Shown here: in pieces, positions 51,849 through 64,000 of the stretch
How positions within the stretch are numbered: position 1 is the stretch's first letter
Layout: each line of letters opens with the position of its first letter
Origin: Eledone cirrhosa
Lineage: Eukaryota
Length of the DNA stretch: 64,000 nt
Direction: 5' to 3'
Assembly (NCBI GenBank): GCA_964016885.1
Contig: OZ024747.1
Span: 67,394,001-67,458,000 of the forward strand
Position numbers and translations under genes: made by a program
Notes under the pieces: model-generated
The model's input: only the letters and a program-made list of their open reading frames with translations
Told to the model about the DNA's origin: nothing
The model's database searches: none

Positions 51849-54219
51849 TGCTGACAAGAAAGGGCTTCTCTCTCAGAGTGAAAGGTAGATTGAATAATGC
51901 CTTTGTGCATCCTGCAATGCTACATGGCTGTGAAACATGGGTCATGACTGCAGAAGTCCTTATATATGTTTATTACTTTACTCTTTCATCATTTGATCAT
52001 TAAAAACTTAATTATCATCAGGAAGGTCATACTTATTTTTCTTACTACTGTGCCAAGAATCTTTTATCTCTATTACATTCAATGATGATGAGGATATATA
52101 TATATGTCTGGTCGCTCTTCATGTAACTCAGTACAAACTGAGCATGATCAGATCATCAGCAACTAAACCGGCAACCCCGCCAAGCTTGTTTGGTGAGGAG
52201 GAGGATTTTGGACACTGTGGGATGAAAAATAAAACCTGTTAAAGGGCAGAAGAACTCAGGAGAGTGAATGGCCATTCAATAAAGATTTTTTTTTTTTGTG
52301 GAGCAAGAGACACCTTGTCTCCATTAAGAATCTCTCTAGAAGTCTAACATATATAAAGATCTCCCTACCATGGTTTCGTTTGTGGAAGAAACAATTTATT
52401 GGAAATACAAATATTGGAAGCATCTGCAATATTCTTCAGGGCAGTTTATCATTCAAAACTAAGAGGCTATATTGATCATGAAATTATACATACCATTTCA
52501 ATTGCCGAGGCAGCAGGTTGTCCAAAACGCATTGTGTTGTTGAACTATTAAATGATCAAACCTTTTTTAATATATTAGGACTATGCAACAGGCTTATAAT
52601 GGCGCCAGAAATAGCAGCCAAAAAAAAACTGATACAACTCAACAAATTAAGGAGTAGTTGGTATTAAAGTGGAATACAAATAAATTATTAGTGTTAGGGG
52701 TAAGTTGATTTAATCAACCCTGTTTTATCACTGTTGGTCACACAAAAGGGGGCAGATACAGTGTTAGTATGAATAGTTGATTACATTGACAACCACCTTG
52801 GGTAGAGATTGAAAACAAAACTAACAGGGATGTAACTTTATACATTGTATACCCTGCTAGTTTTGAACATATAAAAAGAAAACTTCCTACCTTTTCAACA
52901 TAGTCACTGGAAAGAAACATTACAGTTATTAATAAGTGTTGAAATTAATGCATGCAATATATCACAGTTCTAGCATCACTCCTTCATAATCAACCTATGA
53001 ACATTTCAGTGAACCCTTGTGTATATACGTCAAACTTTCTTTCTCTTTCCTATATAAAGCATAATACTAATCAGACTTTTTGTACCTCTGTTTGTTGACT
53101 CCTTGAATGTATCCAGCCCACATTGTAAAGTGGTTGTGTAGGAGTCATGACAAAAAGCACCCAGCCCACTGTAAATGTGGTTGGCTTCAGGAAGGGCATC
53201 CAGCTGTAGAAACCTAGCCAGAAACTTCTATATGAATAAGACAAGGTCACCTGACCCAACTTGCTTCAAATGGGAAAACCTGTCTAACCCATGCTAATGC
53301 GGAAAATGGATGTTAGATGATGATATATATATATGTGGCTACCTGTTTATATGTGTTAAATGAGTGAGCCTGTTAACTGTGTGTGTGTGTGCATATATAT
53401 ATATATATATATATTTGTGTGTGGCTACCTATGTATATGTTTGAATGAGTAAGTGCGTTTATAAGTATGTTGTGATGATTCAGTTATTAACATACTTTCA
53501 GTTGGACTCTAGCTTATAGTGAATTTGTTTTTGATTTTTACCAACAAATGTGTAAAAAGAGATGTTCTTTGAATAGCTGCATGTGTAGAAGTATCTGTTC
53601 TGTTGGAATTAGCATGTGAGCAGCAACATATATAACCATGTCTATATCCTCAAACAGCAGTGTGTTTAGCAAAAAGAAAATGAAATTTACAGCTCACACC
53701 TATGCAGATTTAGCAGGCTTCTTATGAGGTTTTATTTCATAGCAGGTTTTTTGTGTGTTTTAATGATAGTGGGTAGTAAGGTAATGTCAATGATTATGTG
53801 TGTGTATTGAGATAAAGCATACTGGTCACTTATTGAAATTCAACCATTAAAATCTTATGAGCAAAGGACTGGAAGGTCTTAATGGGAATAGGGCAGAAAA
53901 AAAGCTTGCAACTATGTAAGGCACTCAGGTATGTTATACCCTCCTGGTGCTTACCAGGAGATTTCAACATTTTCATCAATCTTGATATGTCTTTGTTTAT
54001 TATTGATATCCTTTCCTTGCTACTAACAATTTGTTTTCAGTGCACAAGACTCTTTACTGGTCCCAGTCACCCAGGCAATTCATGATGGTGCATGGCCTAG
54101 TGGTTAGTGGTATGGATTCACAATCAGAATGCCATAAATTTAATTTCTAGACAAGATGGCATATTGTTTTATTTAAGCACTTCATTTCATGTTGCTCCAG
54201 TCATTTCGGATGAAAAATA

Positions 54220-54845
54220 AAATGAGTACCAGCAGAATATGTAAGAGGAAGAGGCACTGCTCTCGGTAAACTCAACAGAGGGATCAGCTAGGAAAATTGA
54301 CAGTTATATGATCAAAGAAGTCATTACAAATATGAAGACAGGAAAAGCTGGCAGACCATCACAGACTGTAAAGATGCTGAAAATATCTGGTGAAATAAAA
54401 CTGAAGCTAGTCACCTCCATAGTCAATCAGGTAATAGAGATGTAGTCGTCCCCACTGACAGGCATAATAATATAATAATAAAGAGTAGGAACATACATGA
54501 CTCACCTGTGAGGACAGTGGCATCAATTGAATGATAATTTGGTCTGTGATGACCTGTCCAACCTATGCTAGCATGGAAAAGCAGATGTTAAACAATAATG
54601 ATGATTAATATTTACAAGTGTAAATGTGATACTCTAGAAAGGAGCAACTACTGAGGCATCACACTAATGGACCAAGTTATGAATGTAGCAAAGAGTTTTA
54701 GCACAGCTAATTAGGAAAAGAGTCAGTGTGGATTTGTGCCAGGAAGAAATCCTACTGATGCCATGTTCTTAGACAGACAACTGCAAAAATTCTTAGCTTC
54801 GATATTCACTGTGAATTTGGAAAAGGCTTTTGACAAAGTACTATG
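54220..54845 (+). mobile_element. highly degenerate RTE RT fragment
   Basis: MKTGKAG, GFVPGR..TDAMF, NLEKAFDKV remnants. Confidence 0.65.
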
Positions 54846-55659
54846 CTATGATGTCTGGAAAATGGAGATCTTCACGTAGATATTTTATATTCTGTAGTAA
54901 TACTATAAATAATGTCACTTGGTAGTTGACCCACTAGAAATACCAGCCAAATCTCACTCAAATCGTAGTCTTCTATTACTAACTATAAAGACATGTTTAC
55001 ACATTGATTAAAGTAAATTAATAAATGAATAATTCATCAACATCATCATCATTTTCTTTGGTCCACTTTTGCATGGTATTATATATGTGTATATATATAT
55101 ATATACATGGGATAACAAGTTATCATTATAGGTAATCCAGTTAGAGGTTGTGAGTATTCTGATGATTTGATCAGTGGTAAACACTGTATTTAAGGTTGAG
55201 TGACGCAACTTCGAGTGATTAGCAGCCTTTAGACTCACTTCATCAATGAAACAATTGTTAATACTTGAAATAAAACCTCTTGTTGTACAGCCGAATATGT
55301 TATTCTTCAATCTTTCACTATATATATATATAACAAAATTATAGATATCATGTCTGAGAAAATCACAAACATGTGCCATACCACCTGTAGTAGCTCAAAA
55401 AAAGATTCCAAGGAATAAATCCAAGCATTTATTAAAAATTAAAAGGTCGATTGACACATATATGAATAAATATATCAAACATTGGCAAGGGATAATTTGT
55501 AAAGAGTGTAAGAACACAGAGTTACAAAGGTAGCATATTAAAATTTAACAAAAACTTCAAATATAGAAACTGGCAATAATAATTATTCCCCTTTGTACAC
55601 ATTCCTAAGACACCCCACCTCACTTCGTAGTACCTCTACACTGCCATGCTTGTTGTCAC

Positions 55660-55715
55660 TTGACCAATGAAAATCTAGTATTTTGACTTCCGTCGTCTAT
55701 CTATTCCGGAAATAA
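55660..55715 (+). promoter_or_regulatory. putative promoter of the zinc-finger gene (CCAAT plus Ets-like ACTTCCG/TTCCGGAA)
   Basis: Motif cluster followed by a candidate donor GAG|gtatat at ~55789; the link to the ZNF gene is inferred. Confidence 0.35.
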
Positions 55716-57326
55716 CTTACATTTCATTAATCAAACATTTCTCCTGTTTATTATTCAACTATTTATCACTACTGAATTAAACTCACGAGGTATATTTTTC
55801 TCTTTCACACCTTAAAATGTTTACGTTTTTCTACAATAGTTTCATGTATAAAATTATATGTCTTAAGTAAGAAATTGTCGAGACCACGCCACTTTCTTCA
55901 ACTTATCTGTCATTTATCACTGAAGTAGATTTATACAAGGTATTTACTTGACATTGTTGTTTTTATGTTTATTCGATCCAGTCCTCTTTTGTTTGTTCTT
56001 CAAAATACATATTTTTTCTTTTTGTTTAACCTGAGGAATCAACCCGTTCTTGATCATGTGTACTCAGTGTGGACTGATCTCTGGCTATCCAGGAACGAGT
56101 TACTGAGGGTACCTCTACAGCTGAAGTGTGGAACCTTTTTAATCCCATGTTCCATTATAGGTCTCATCGGAACCGTATAATTTATTATAAAAGTTTTGAT
56201 AATCAATGTCGCTTATCACAAGTCTACTCTGTCATGAGTAACCTGGAGCCAAACAAGTTAATTAGATAGATTCGAGATGGTCGTTCGACCGACTGGAAGT
56301 ACCAGCCAAATTTTCCTCAAATTAGTCCAGCCCACCATCTTGAAAAGAAAAGCATACAGTTGATAATAAATGAATTGTTTCGTATTTCAATTAAAATGTC
56401 AAAAACATTCAGAAGTAAAATTTAAAACCGAAGCAACAAATATTATATTAGAACTACTTTGAGTGTTGCGTCTAATACCTGTTCAGTTCCGCTGATAACA
56501 AAACTCTGGTAGAATTAATATATTGATTTATTTTCTGTGCAATTTTATTTAGATATAGTGAAACGTTATACAAAACTGGTGAAAACAAAAATAATACTAT
56601 CTTGTATCATGTCGCCTCATAGTCTCAGCGAATGCGTTACCCTGGTGTATAGACAAGAAGATTCGCTAAAAGAGCCAATACAACTCACGGGATTCGTCCT
56701 TTCGGATGACTATCTCCTTTCCGACCGCAGTGGAAGTGATGTAGAACAAAGGATACGAGGCACTTCCACTGCGATATGTTCAACGGTAAACTTATCAGAG
56801 AGCGGCTCGTATTTCTGTTATATCTTATTTTAGACAGCTAAAAGGTGTAAAAGTAAATCACGTATTGTTACGTAAAAGAAGCTTCTTTCGGCGGACAAAC
56901 CAGCTTGTATACCAAAAGGAAAGGTTGCACAATAATATCATAGCTTTTCGTCAATTGTTTTTGAATTCGATTCTTGAACCAGGCGTCTCGTGTTCTTGAG
57001 TAAGACGCATCATTTTACGTTGCTTTTTATAATAGTCCTGGGGTCACTATGAAGCTTAGTGGTTAGGATGTGGGTTCCTAGATTGGGTAGCGCGCTGTGA
57101 CCTTCAGCATGACGTTTTATTTCACGTTGATCTCGTCCACTCAGCTGATAAAAATAAATGAATACCAACAGTTAAATTCTGTAATGGTCTGGCGTCCAGT
57201 CCAAAGACTGGGACTCCTATCATTAAAACACACCAGAAACCCCCGTGAGATACAACCTTATAGGATGCCAGCTAAACCTCCATAGGTGTAAAGTTACTAA
57301 ACTTGGCAGTATCTGTAGAGGGTCGG

Positions 57327-57485
57327 GCGCCATGCTTTGAAGCATATAGTTACCTCCCTTTATGATCTGAGTTCAAATCCCGCCGAGGTTAACTTTGCCT
57401 TTCATCCTTACGCGGTCGATAAAATAAAGTACCAGTAATGCACTGGGATAATTGCTGGCCTGGTGCCAAAAGTAGAAACAATTAT
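57327..57485 (+). mobile_element. SINE copy
   Basis: Matches 40422-40580 and 8016-8110. Confidence 0.75.
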
Positions 57486-58653
57486 TGCAATAATCACTTT
57501 CATCATCATCGTTTAACGTCTATTTTCTATGCTTGCTTGAGTTAGACGGCTGTCATGTGCTGAGGCCTGACCAGCCAGGTGACTAGGTCCTGGCTGGTTC
57601 ATATACTTTTGGGGGCTTGCTTTCTACGGCTGGTGCCCTTCTTAACACCAACCATTTTACAGTGTGTCCTGGGAGCATTTTATCATAACTTCTGCACTAC
57701 CACCTTTTTGTTGTGGCACCAACACTGCCACTTCACAGGATGAACTGGCTGGTTTTGTCGTGGTACTAGGGTTCTTAGTGTACTTGATCTTGCTGAGGAA
57801 GGATTGGTGGGTGTTTGGGGCTGGAGTACAGACATTGCACTACAGGAAGGGTGGGGCTCATGGTGATGGCCTTGAAGCATGTGGATGATGTTTGGCATAT
57901 TGTGAGGTATGCCTGGCTTCTCTTGATGGCCAAAGAAGAAGAGGAGTGTTTATATATTGCTTGGAGCATGTGGGTGGGCAGTGTTTGATTTTGGTGTGCT
58001 TTCTTGGGTTGAGAAAGTATTAGGGTTCAGTAATCAAGGTTCATCCTAGCTTTCCATACTAGCATGGGTTGTATGAAAAAGTCAGGAGTATACTAGCAGT
58101 TGAAGACCAGAAATTTGTTTCATCTCTCTGTTTCTTAAAGTTTAGGGTGAAGAATCTGGCTTAGTTAATTTAAGCCAAACTTTATACTTAGACATTATTA
58201 TATAAACACTGTAAAAATGTTGCTATTGCATCCAATATTCTCTTTATCTTATACTGTTTCATTATTATTTCAGAATATCAGATGATATTGGCAATATCAT
58301 CTTTTGAAGTGTAAAGGAAGATGTACAAATATGATCCTGTTTATATAAATCTGTGGTAAAATTAATGGGAAATATTTCTTCTGAACTGAGATTAATAACA
58401 TTTCTCTTCTTCACAGTCTGGAATATGCACAAGATAATTTTGCATTCTAATTAAACTTGGATAAATTTATAAAGGAGTTTCCAACATCTTCAGATATTGA
58501 CAAAGATCATAATTGATGACAATATGTCAGTAGAAGCATTTCCACCAACATAGGAACATATAAAAGCAGAAACATAGAAAACATTTGTATTGTGGTGAGG
58601 GAAGAAAAATTAGAGAAAAAAGAATTCTATGTGGTTTTTTTTTTTCAGGAGAA

Positions 58654-59937
58654 ATGCCAAAAGTGTTAGGAAAATCACTATATCACTGTGACATATGTGG
58701 TAAATCATTCTCTCAAAATGGTAACCTTACTAAACATAAACGCATTCATACAGGTGAGAGGCCATATCACTGTGATATATGTGGTAAATCTTTTCCCCAA
58801 AATGATCACTTGATTAATCACAAACGTGTTCATACTGGAGAGAAACCATATCACTGTGACATCTGTGATAAATCATTCTCTGCAAAAGGAAGTTTAACTA
58901 CTCACAAACACATTCATACAGGGGAGAAGCCATATCACTGTGATGTTTGTGGTAAAACATTCTCCACGAGTAGTTACTCAACTCAACATAAACGCATTCA
59001 TACAGGAGAGAATCCCTATTTTTGTGATATATGTGGTAAATCATTCTATCGAAATGATCACTTAACTAAACACAAACGCACTCATACAGGAGAGAAACCA
59101 TATCAGTGTGATATCTGTGGTAAATCATTCTCTCATGGAAATTCATTAAATAATCACAAGTACATTCATACAGGAGAGAGGCCATATCATTGTGATATGT
59201 GTGGTAAATCATTCTCTCAATTAAATACTTTAACTCACCACAAACGTACTCATACAGGTGAGAAACCATACCACTGTGAAATCTGTGGCAAATCATTTTC
59301 TGGTAAAAGTAACCTCATCACTCACAAACGTATACATACAGGAGAGAGCCCATATCACTGTGATATCTGTGGAAGATCATTCTCTAGAAATGGTGACTTA
59401 ACTAAACACAGACGCATTCATACAGGAGAGAAGTCATATCACTGTGATATCTGTGGTAAATCGTTTTCTGAAGGAAGTACCTTAATTGTTCATAAGCGTA
59501 TTCATACAGGAGAGAAACCATATCATTGTGACATCTGTGGTAAATCATTCCCTGGAAGTAGTCACTTAACTAAACACAAACGTATTCATACTGGTGAGAA
59601 GCCATATCGCTGTGATATCTGTGGAAAATGTTTCTCTGTAAATGGTGACTTAACTAGACACAGACGTGTTCATACTGGAGAGAAACCATACTACTGTGAT
59701 ATCTGTGGTAAATCATTCTCTCGAAATGGTGACCTAACTAAGCACAAACGCATTCATACTGGAGACAAGCCATACCACTGTGATATCTGTGGTAAATCAT
59801 TCTCTGAAGGAAGTGCCGTAACTAAACACAAGCGTATTCATACAGGAGAGAAGCCATATCACTGTGATTTCTGTGGTAAATCATTTTCTAAGAAAGCTCA
59901 TTTAAGTAAACATTTATTTATTCATACAGAAAAGTAA
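58654..59937 (+). CDS. C2H2 zinc-finger protein, 15 tandem fingers, ~427 aa, no effector domain visible
   Basis: 15 x ([10 protein letters not shown]...H.RIH TGEKP); ATG lies 5 nt into an exon after a tttttcag acceptor (58648), so an upstream coding exon cannot be excluded. Confidence 0.92.
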   Translation: MPKVLGKSLYHCDICGKSFSQNGNLTKHKRIHTGERPYHCDICGKSFPQNDHLINHKRVHTGEKPYHCDICDKSFSAKGSLTTHKHIHTGEKPYHCDVCGKTFSTSSYSTQHKRIHTGENPYFCDICGKSFYRNDHLTKHKRTHTGEKPYQCDICGKSFSHGNSLNNHKYIHTGERPYHCDMCGKSFSQLNTLTHHKRTHTGEKPYHCEICGKSFSGKSNLITHKRIHTGESPYHCDICGRSFSRNGDLTKHRRIHTGEKSYHCDICGKSFSEGSTLIVHKRIHTGEKPYHCDICGKSFPGSSHLTKHKRIHTGEKPYRCDICGKCFSVNGDLTRHRRVHTGEKPYYCDICGKSFSRNGDLTKHKRIHTGDKPYHCDICGKSFSEGSAVTKHKRIHTGEKPYHCDFCGKSFSKKAHLSKHLFIHTEK

Positions 59938-62900
59938 CTATATTAATGCCAAAAGCTATTCTATGACAAAAACATCTTACATAAACATAAGTGTATTCAC
60001 ACAGCAAAAAAGATATATTAGTTTGATAACAGCCTCCCAATATCATTTTGTATTACTTATATTTGTGAGATAACTTACCACTGTGATATTTTTAATAATA
60101 ACATTATTTCATAATACTAATATATATTCCATCTAACATATTTCCAGAAAAGAATAAAAGATACTATTAATGACATTGTGAAATATTCTCATAAATCAGT
60201 GATAAAATCATGTACAGTTATGTTATAAATTTATACACCATGTGTAAATAAATATTTCCTTGTACCATAATAGGATGTATGTATAATATCTTGTGTATAT
60301 TCTGTTGTTTTAATTGGTATAATTTTATCTTTTCTTTTATTTATATCATACATAATTCTTTCATAACTTAACAGTTAATCTGAATGTTAATTTCAATTAA
60401 CTTCATATAAATGTAAAGTGGGTGATATAATTTGTGAATAATTTTCATCAGTGTTCTTATGTCTATTTTCTGTGCCTGTGTGGGTTGGATATGTCTGTTA
60501 CCCAAGATATTACTATATTTTTCAAAACTTTTGTTATCTCAGCTGTGATGCCTGAGTTCTAAACTCATCACTGTAAATATTCTTAATAAACTATAATTTA
60601 AATAAAGTTGTTTTATTCTTAAATTATTCTCGTTATTTTATATGTAACCAAAAATTGTGCTGACACAACTATCAACTTGCCTGGCTTGATCAATATATAT
60701 TAAACATATTTTTACAAACTGATCTTCATTCATTTTTACATGCTAAATACCTATATTTATGTTGGGTTGAGCTGGCTTCCACTGGTGTATAAATAAAGGT
60801 CACCCATACATAGCAATCACAGATGTCCAACCCTGATATTATCAGGCAGTCACAATTCCAACAGTACAAACTGGATATTAACTCAAGATAGAATATGATC
60901 AACTATCCATCTTGCCATCTCAAGAAGGGCTCATCTGACTTTATCATGGATGAGTTCACGTCATGGGCAGCGACATGTGTGGTAAAACTAATACAGTGGC
61001 TTTTTGAGTAGGAGTTTTTGGAGAAAATTACTCCAACAGTGACAACAAAAAGTTACCATATTTCCTGGCACTGAAGTCCTCAAGAACACACCCTAATTTT
61101 GACAACCAAAAATTTTAAGAAAGAAAAACAATCTTGGGCCTCCAGGACGCATGGTAGATTTTTTAGACTTATTTTAGGGAAAAAGCAGCATCTTCGATGC
61201 CGGGAAATACGGTAGGTATGAAATCTAATGTTCGGGAGATGGAGGATTGAACAAAGGCAAAAGTTGTTGCAAACTTTCAGCTTGTGTAAATTTGTCGCTC
61301 TCATTAACCCTGTTTCACATACATATTCATTTAGCTAAGCTAACAACGGTCAGATATATAGAGAAATATGAAAAGATATGCACTGATTATGTACCAACAA
61401 AGGGTAAGAGAAGACTTAGATCACTCTAGGGGGGGTTAGGCTTTGAAATTGTGAGAATAGTCATTGATGATAGTTTTTACCCCGCTCGCCATATTTAGAC
61501 TGCGAGACTCAATGTGTGTGTATATACATATATATATGGCCAACCCTAGCAAAGAAAGTGAATGTTAAATGATAACTGTCTAGTTCATGCATTCTATGTT
61601 GGCATGATTTCTTCAGCTGGTTGCTCTTCCTAACACCAACCACTTAACAGCAGATACAAGGTTTGTTTTTGGTTTTTCATGGCATCAGTTCTACCTCTCT
61701 GGTGTTGACCGAGTGCATTTTATTGATACCAACACTTCCACTTTCCATTGTAGGCTGAGTGCATTCTATTGTGAAACCAGTACTACATTTCCATTTCAAC
61801 ACTATGGCCCTTGTATCTTTGGCCAGGCTAATAGGACAGTGTGGCCTTGAGGGAAGTGGGGGACATCTGGCAGTAGTGGGGTGTGCCATGTTGGCATAGT
61901 TGTGCAATGACAGCCCACAAAAGCCAGTGTTGATATATTCTAGGCATCTCGTCAAGTTCGATATGAGATACTTTTAGCTGTTTGCAACACTATTCACTGT
62001 ATCCTTCAGTAGGATTTTAGGGAGATTTGGCTGCTATTTCTAGCACATATCAGAAAAAGTCCCCATGCAATCGCTTAATAAATTAAAAAGAGCAGACAAA
62101 TCTTCCTAAAAAAATAAACACCCAAATGTCTTTAAATACATATAAAAGTTAGTTCGTATGACTTTAGATGTATTCCATCATAACAGCACATTCAGCTTCT
62201 TGTATAGTCCATATACATATATACGAGTTGAAGACGTGTCTATTGCCAACCCCCGGTGCTTGGGACATGTACAATCGAGTGACTCGTCATAAAACAGGTA
62301 ATTGTGGGAGTATCTTTATTTTTCTTATTGTAGGTAACATCAAGTAATTTTACATAGGTAAAAATAATTCTGTAGTAGTTTTATAAATAAAAAAATAAAA
62401 AACTTCGATATGCGATAAACATAGCATGTACATAAATTGTATCTCATACAAATAGCTGTGTTTTGGTAGATAAATATAACTGCTTATCACGGTCTCCCTT
62501 TCTTTCGTTGCCTAATAATCCTTGCTCTTTCCCTCTCATTTAGTTTTTTTTCCAATACTACTCTTTTTCTGTTTTGACTATTTTTAAGCAATTTTATCCT
62601 AAATATGTACTTATTGTCTGATTAAATAAAAACATTTCAAGCTATCTATATTATCAGCATATTTTTTTGGGGGGGGAATATGAACTGAGCTTTTATGTAA
62701 TTTCATGTACATCGTTTATTTCGATATAAAATATACGTAAACATTTTTTTTAACATGGGTATTTTCTATCCCGTATCGGCCTATATTAGAAAGATATTCT
62801 AACATACTGTAAACATCAAGTCTTTATTCTAATATTGCAAATATTTACAATGATCTTCCCACTGATGTTTGCTAAACCCGTAATTTTCAGCAAATGTATA

Positions 62901-63442
62901 TATTTGGAGTTTGGGAACTAGTACTTCACGTAAAACTGCCATACCCCGGAAAACTACGAGATCGCATGTAAGTTCCGCTTATTTGTGAGGAAATAGGGAA
63001 GTTTGGCCGTTATTTCTAGAATGTCGAGAGACCAGTTAATGGAAAATAAGTGGGGTGGGATGCGATGTAATGGAGATTTAGTTATTTCTAAGTCTACATA
63101 TAAGCTCCTTTGTAGGGAAATTATGATACTGCTAAACATTAACAAAAATAGGCGACCTGTAAACTTACCAAGAGAAACGAGCGAAAATTACTTGGATATT
63201 CGTATATAATCAATATCCGACAAGCATTGGACCAAATTTCTATATTACAGGTTAAATATAAAGAAAAAAACTTTAGAAGTGAACGCAATGGTGTCAAATC
63301 GAAAAACAATTTTATTTACGACTACAGACGCACCAGCATTCAATTATCCGAATAAAACGAGTGTAAATTGTAAAAATTAACCAACTATAATTTTAAGTAA
63401 ATCGTATATGATTAGTCAAGTATACTTTGGATATAATATAGG

Positions 63443-63458
63443 GGCCCTAAAAAGGGCC
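63443..63458 (-). terminator. histone 3' stem-loop (GGCCCT TTTT AGGGCC)
   Basis: 16-nt hairpin 35 nt downstream of the H3 stop codon. Confidence 0.92.
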
Positions 63459-63493
63459 ATTTTCCTAAGCTTAATTAAGTAACATTAAGCACC

Positions 63494-63913
<420 letters not shown>

Positions 63914-63933
63914 TCAGAAAAGTTGACTAGTAT

Positions 63934-63962
63934 CTGAATGGAAAATTGTCGCAGCTTATATA
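63934..63962 (-). promoter_or_regulatory. H3 TATA box (TATATAA, 63956-63962) and CCATTC cap-site motif
   Basis: Position and spacing upstream of the ATG at 63904. Confidence 0.7.
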
Positions 63963-64000
63963 GAGACGCTTAAACAAATGAAATTTAAGCGGGAAGACTA

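Noticed and set aside
51970-52035. Minus-strand CTGATGA...GAAA hammerhead candidate
   Set aside because: No convincing stem I or stem II pairing; similar isolated CTGATGA hits at ~12727, ~52153 and ~60445 also lack the remaining core.

Overview
Eukaryotic, AT-rich (not prokaryotic) genomic DNA, most likely from an octopus or other cephalopod. This is inferred from the HCDICGKSF-type C2H2 array, the RTE LINE and tRNA-SINE families, and dense (TA)n/(GAT)n microsatellites. Genes: a complete 14-exon ATF6 orthologue (+ strand, 25003-46470, ~650 aa, hand-spliced with consistent intron phases), a 15-finger C2H2 zinc-finger gene (58654-59937, +) and a canonical replication-dependent histone H3 (63494-63904, -) with its stem-loop. 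The rest is mobile DNA and repeats: RTE-clade LINE copies carrying a PHD finger, CRE-clade fragments, SINEs, TTAA-ended MITEs, a hAT-like element and satellites. The most striking signal is at 16.7-19.6 kb, a cluster of long palindromes carrying seven type I hammerhead ribozyme motifs from three unrelated families. It includes a 311-bp tandem, retrozyme/Penelope-like unit, and the whole cluster is nested inside a TSD-flanked hAT-like element. An eighth, solitary hammerhead-like motif lies at 10.2 kb. Also notable: the ATF6 promoter and exon 1 lie between two consecutive halves of one CRE retroelement, with a 6-bp duplication at the junctions; there are uORFs over the ATF6 start; and the S2P motif is altered. 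All calls are by eye; no alignments, folds or database searches were run.
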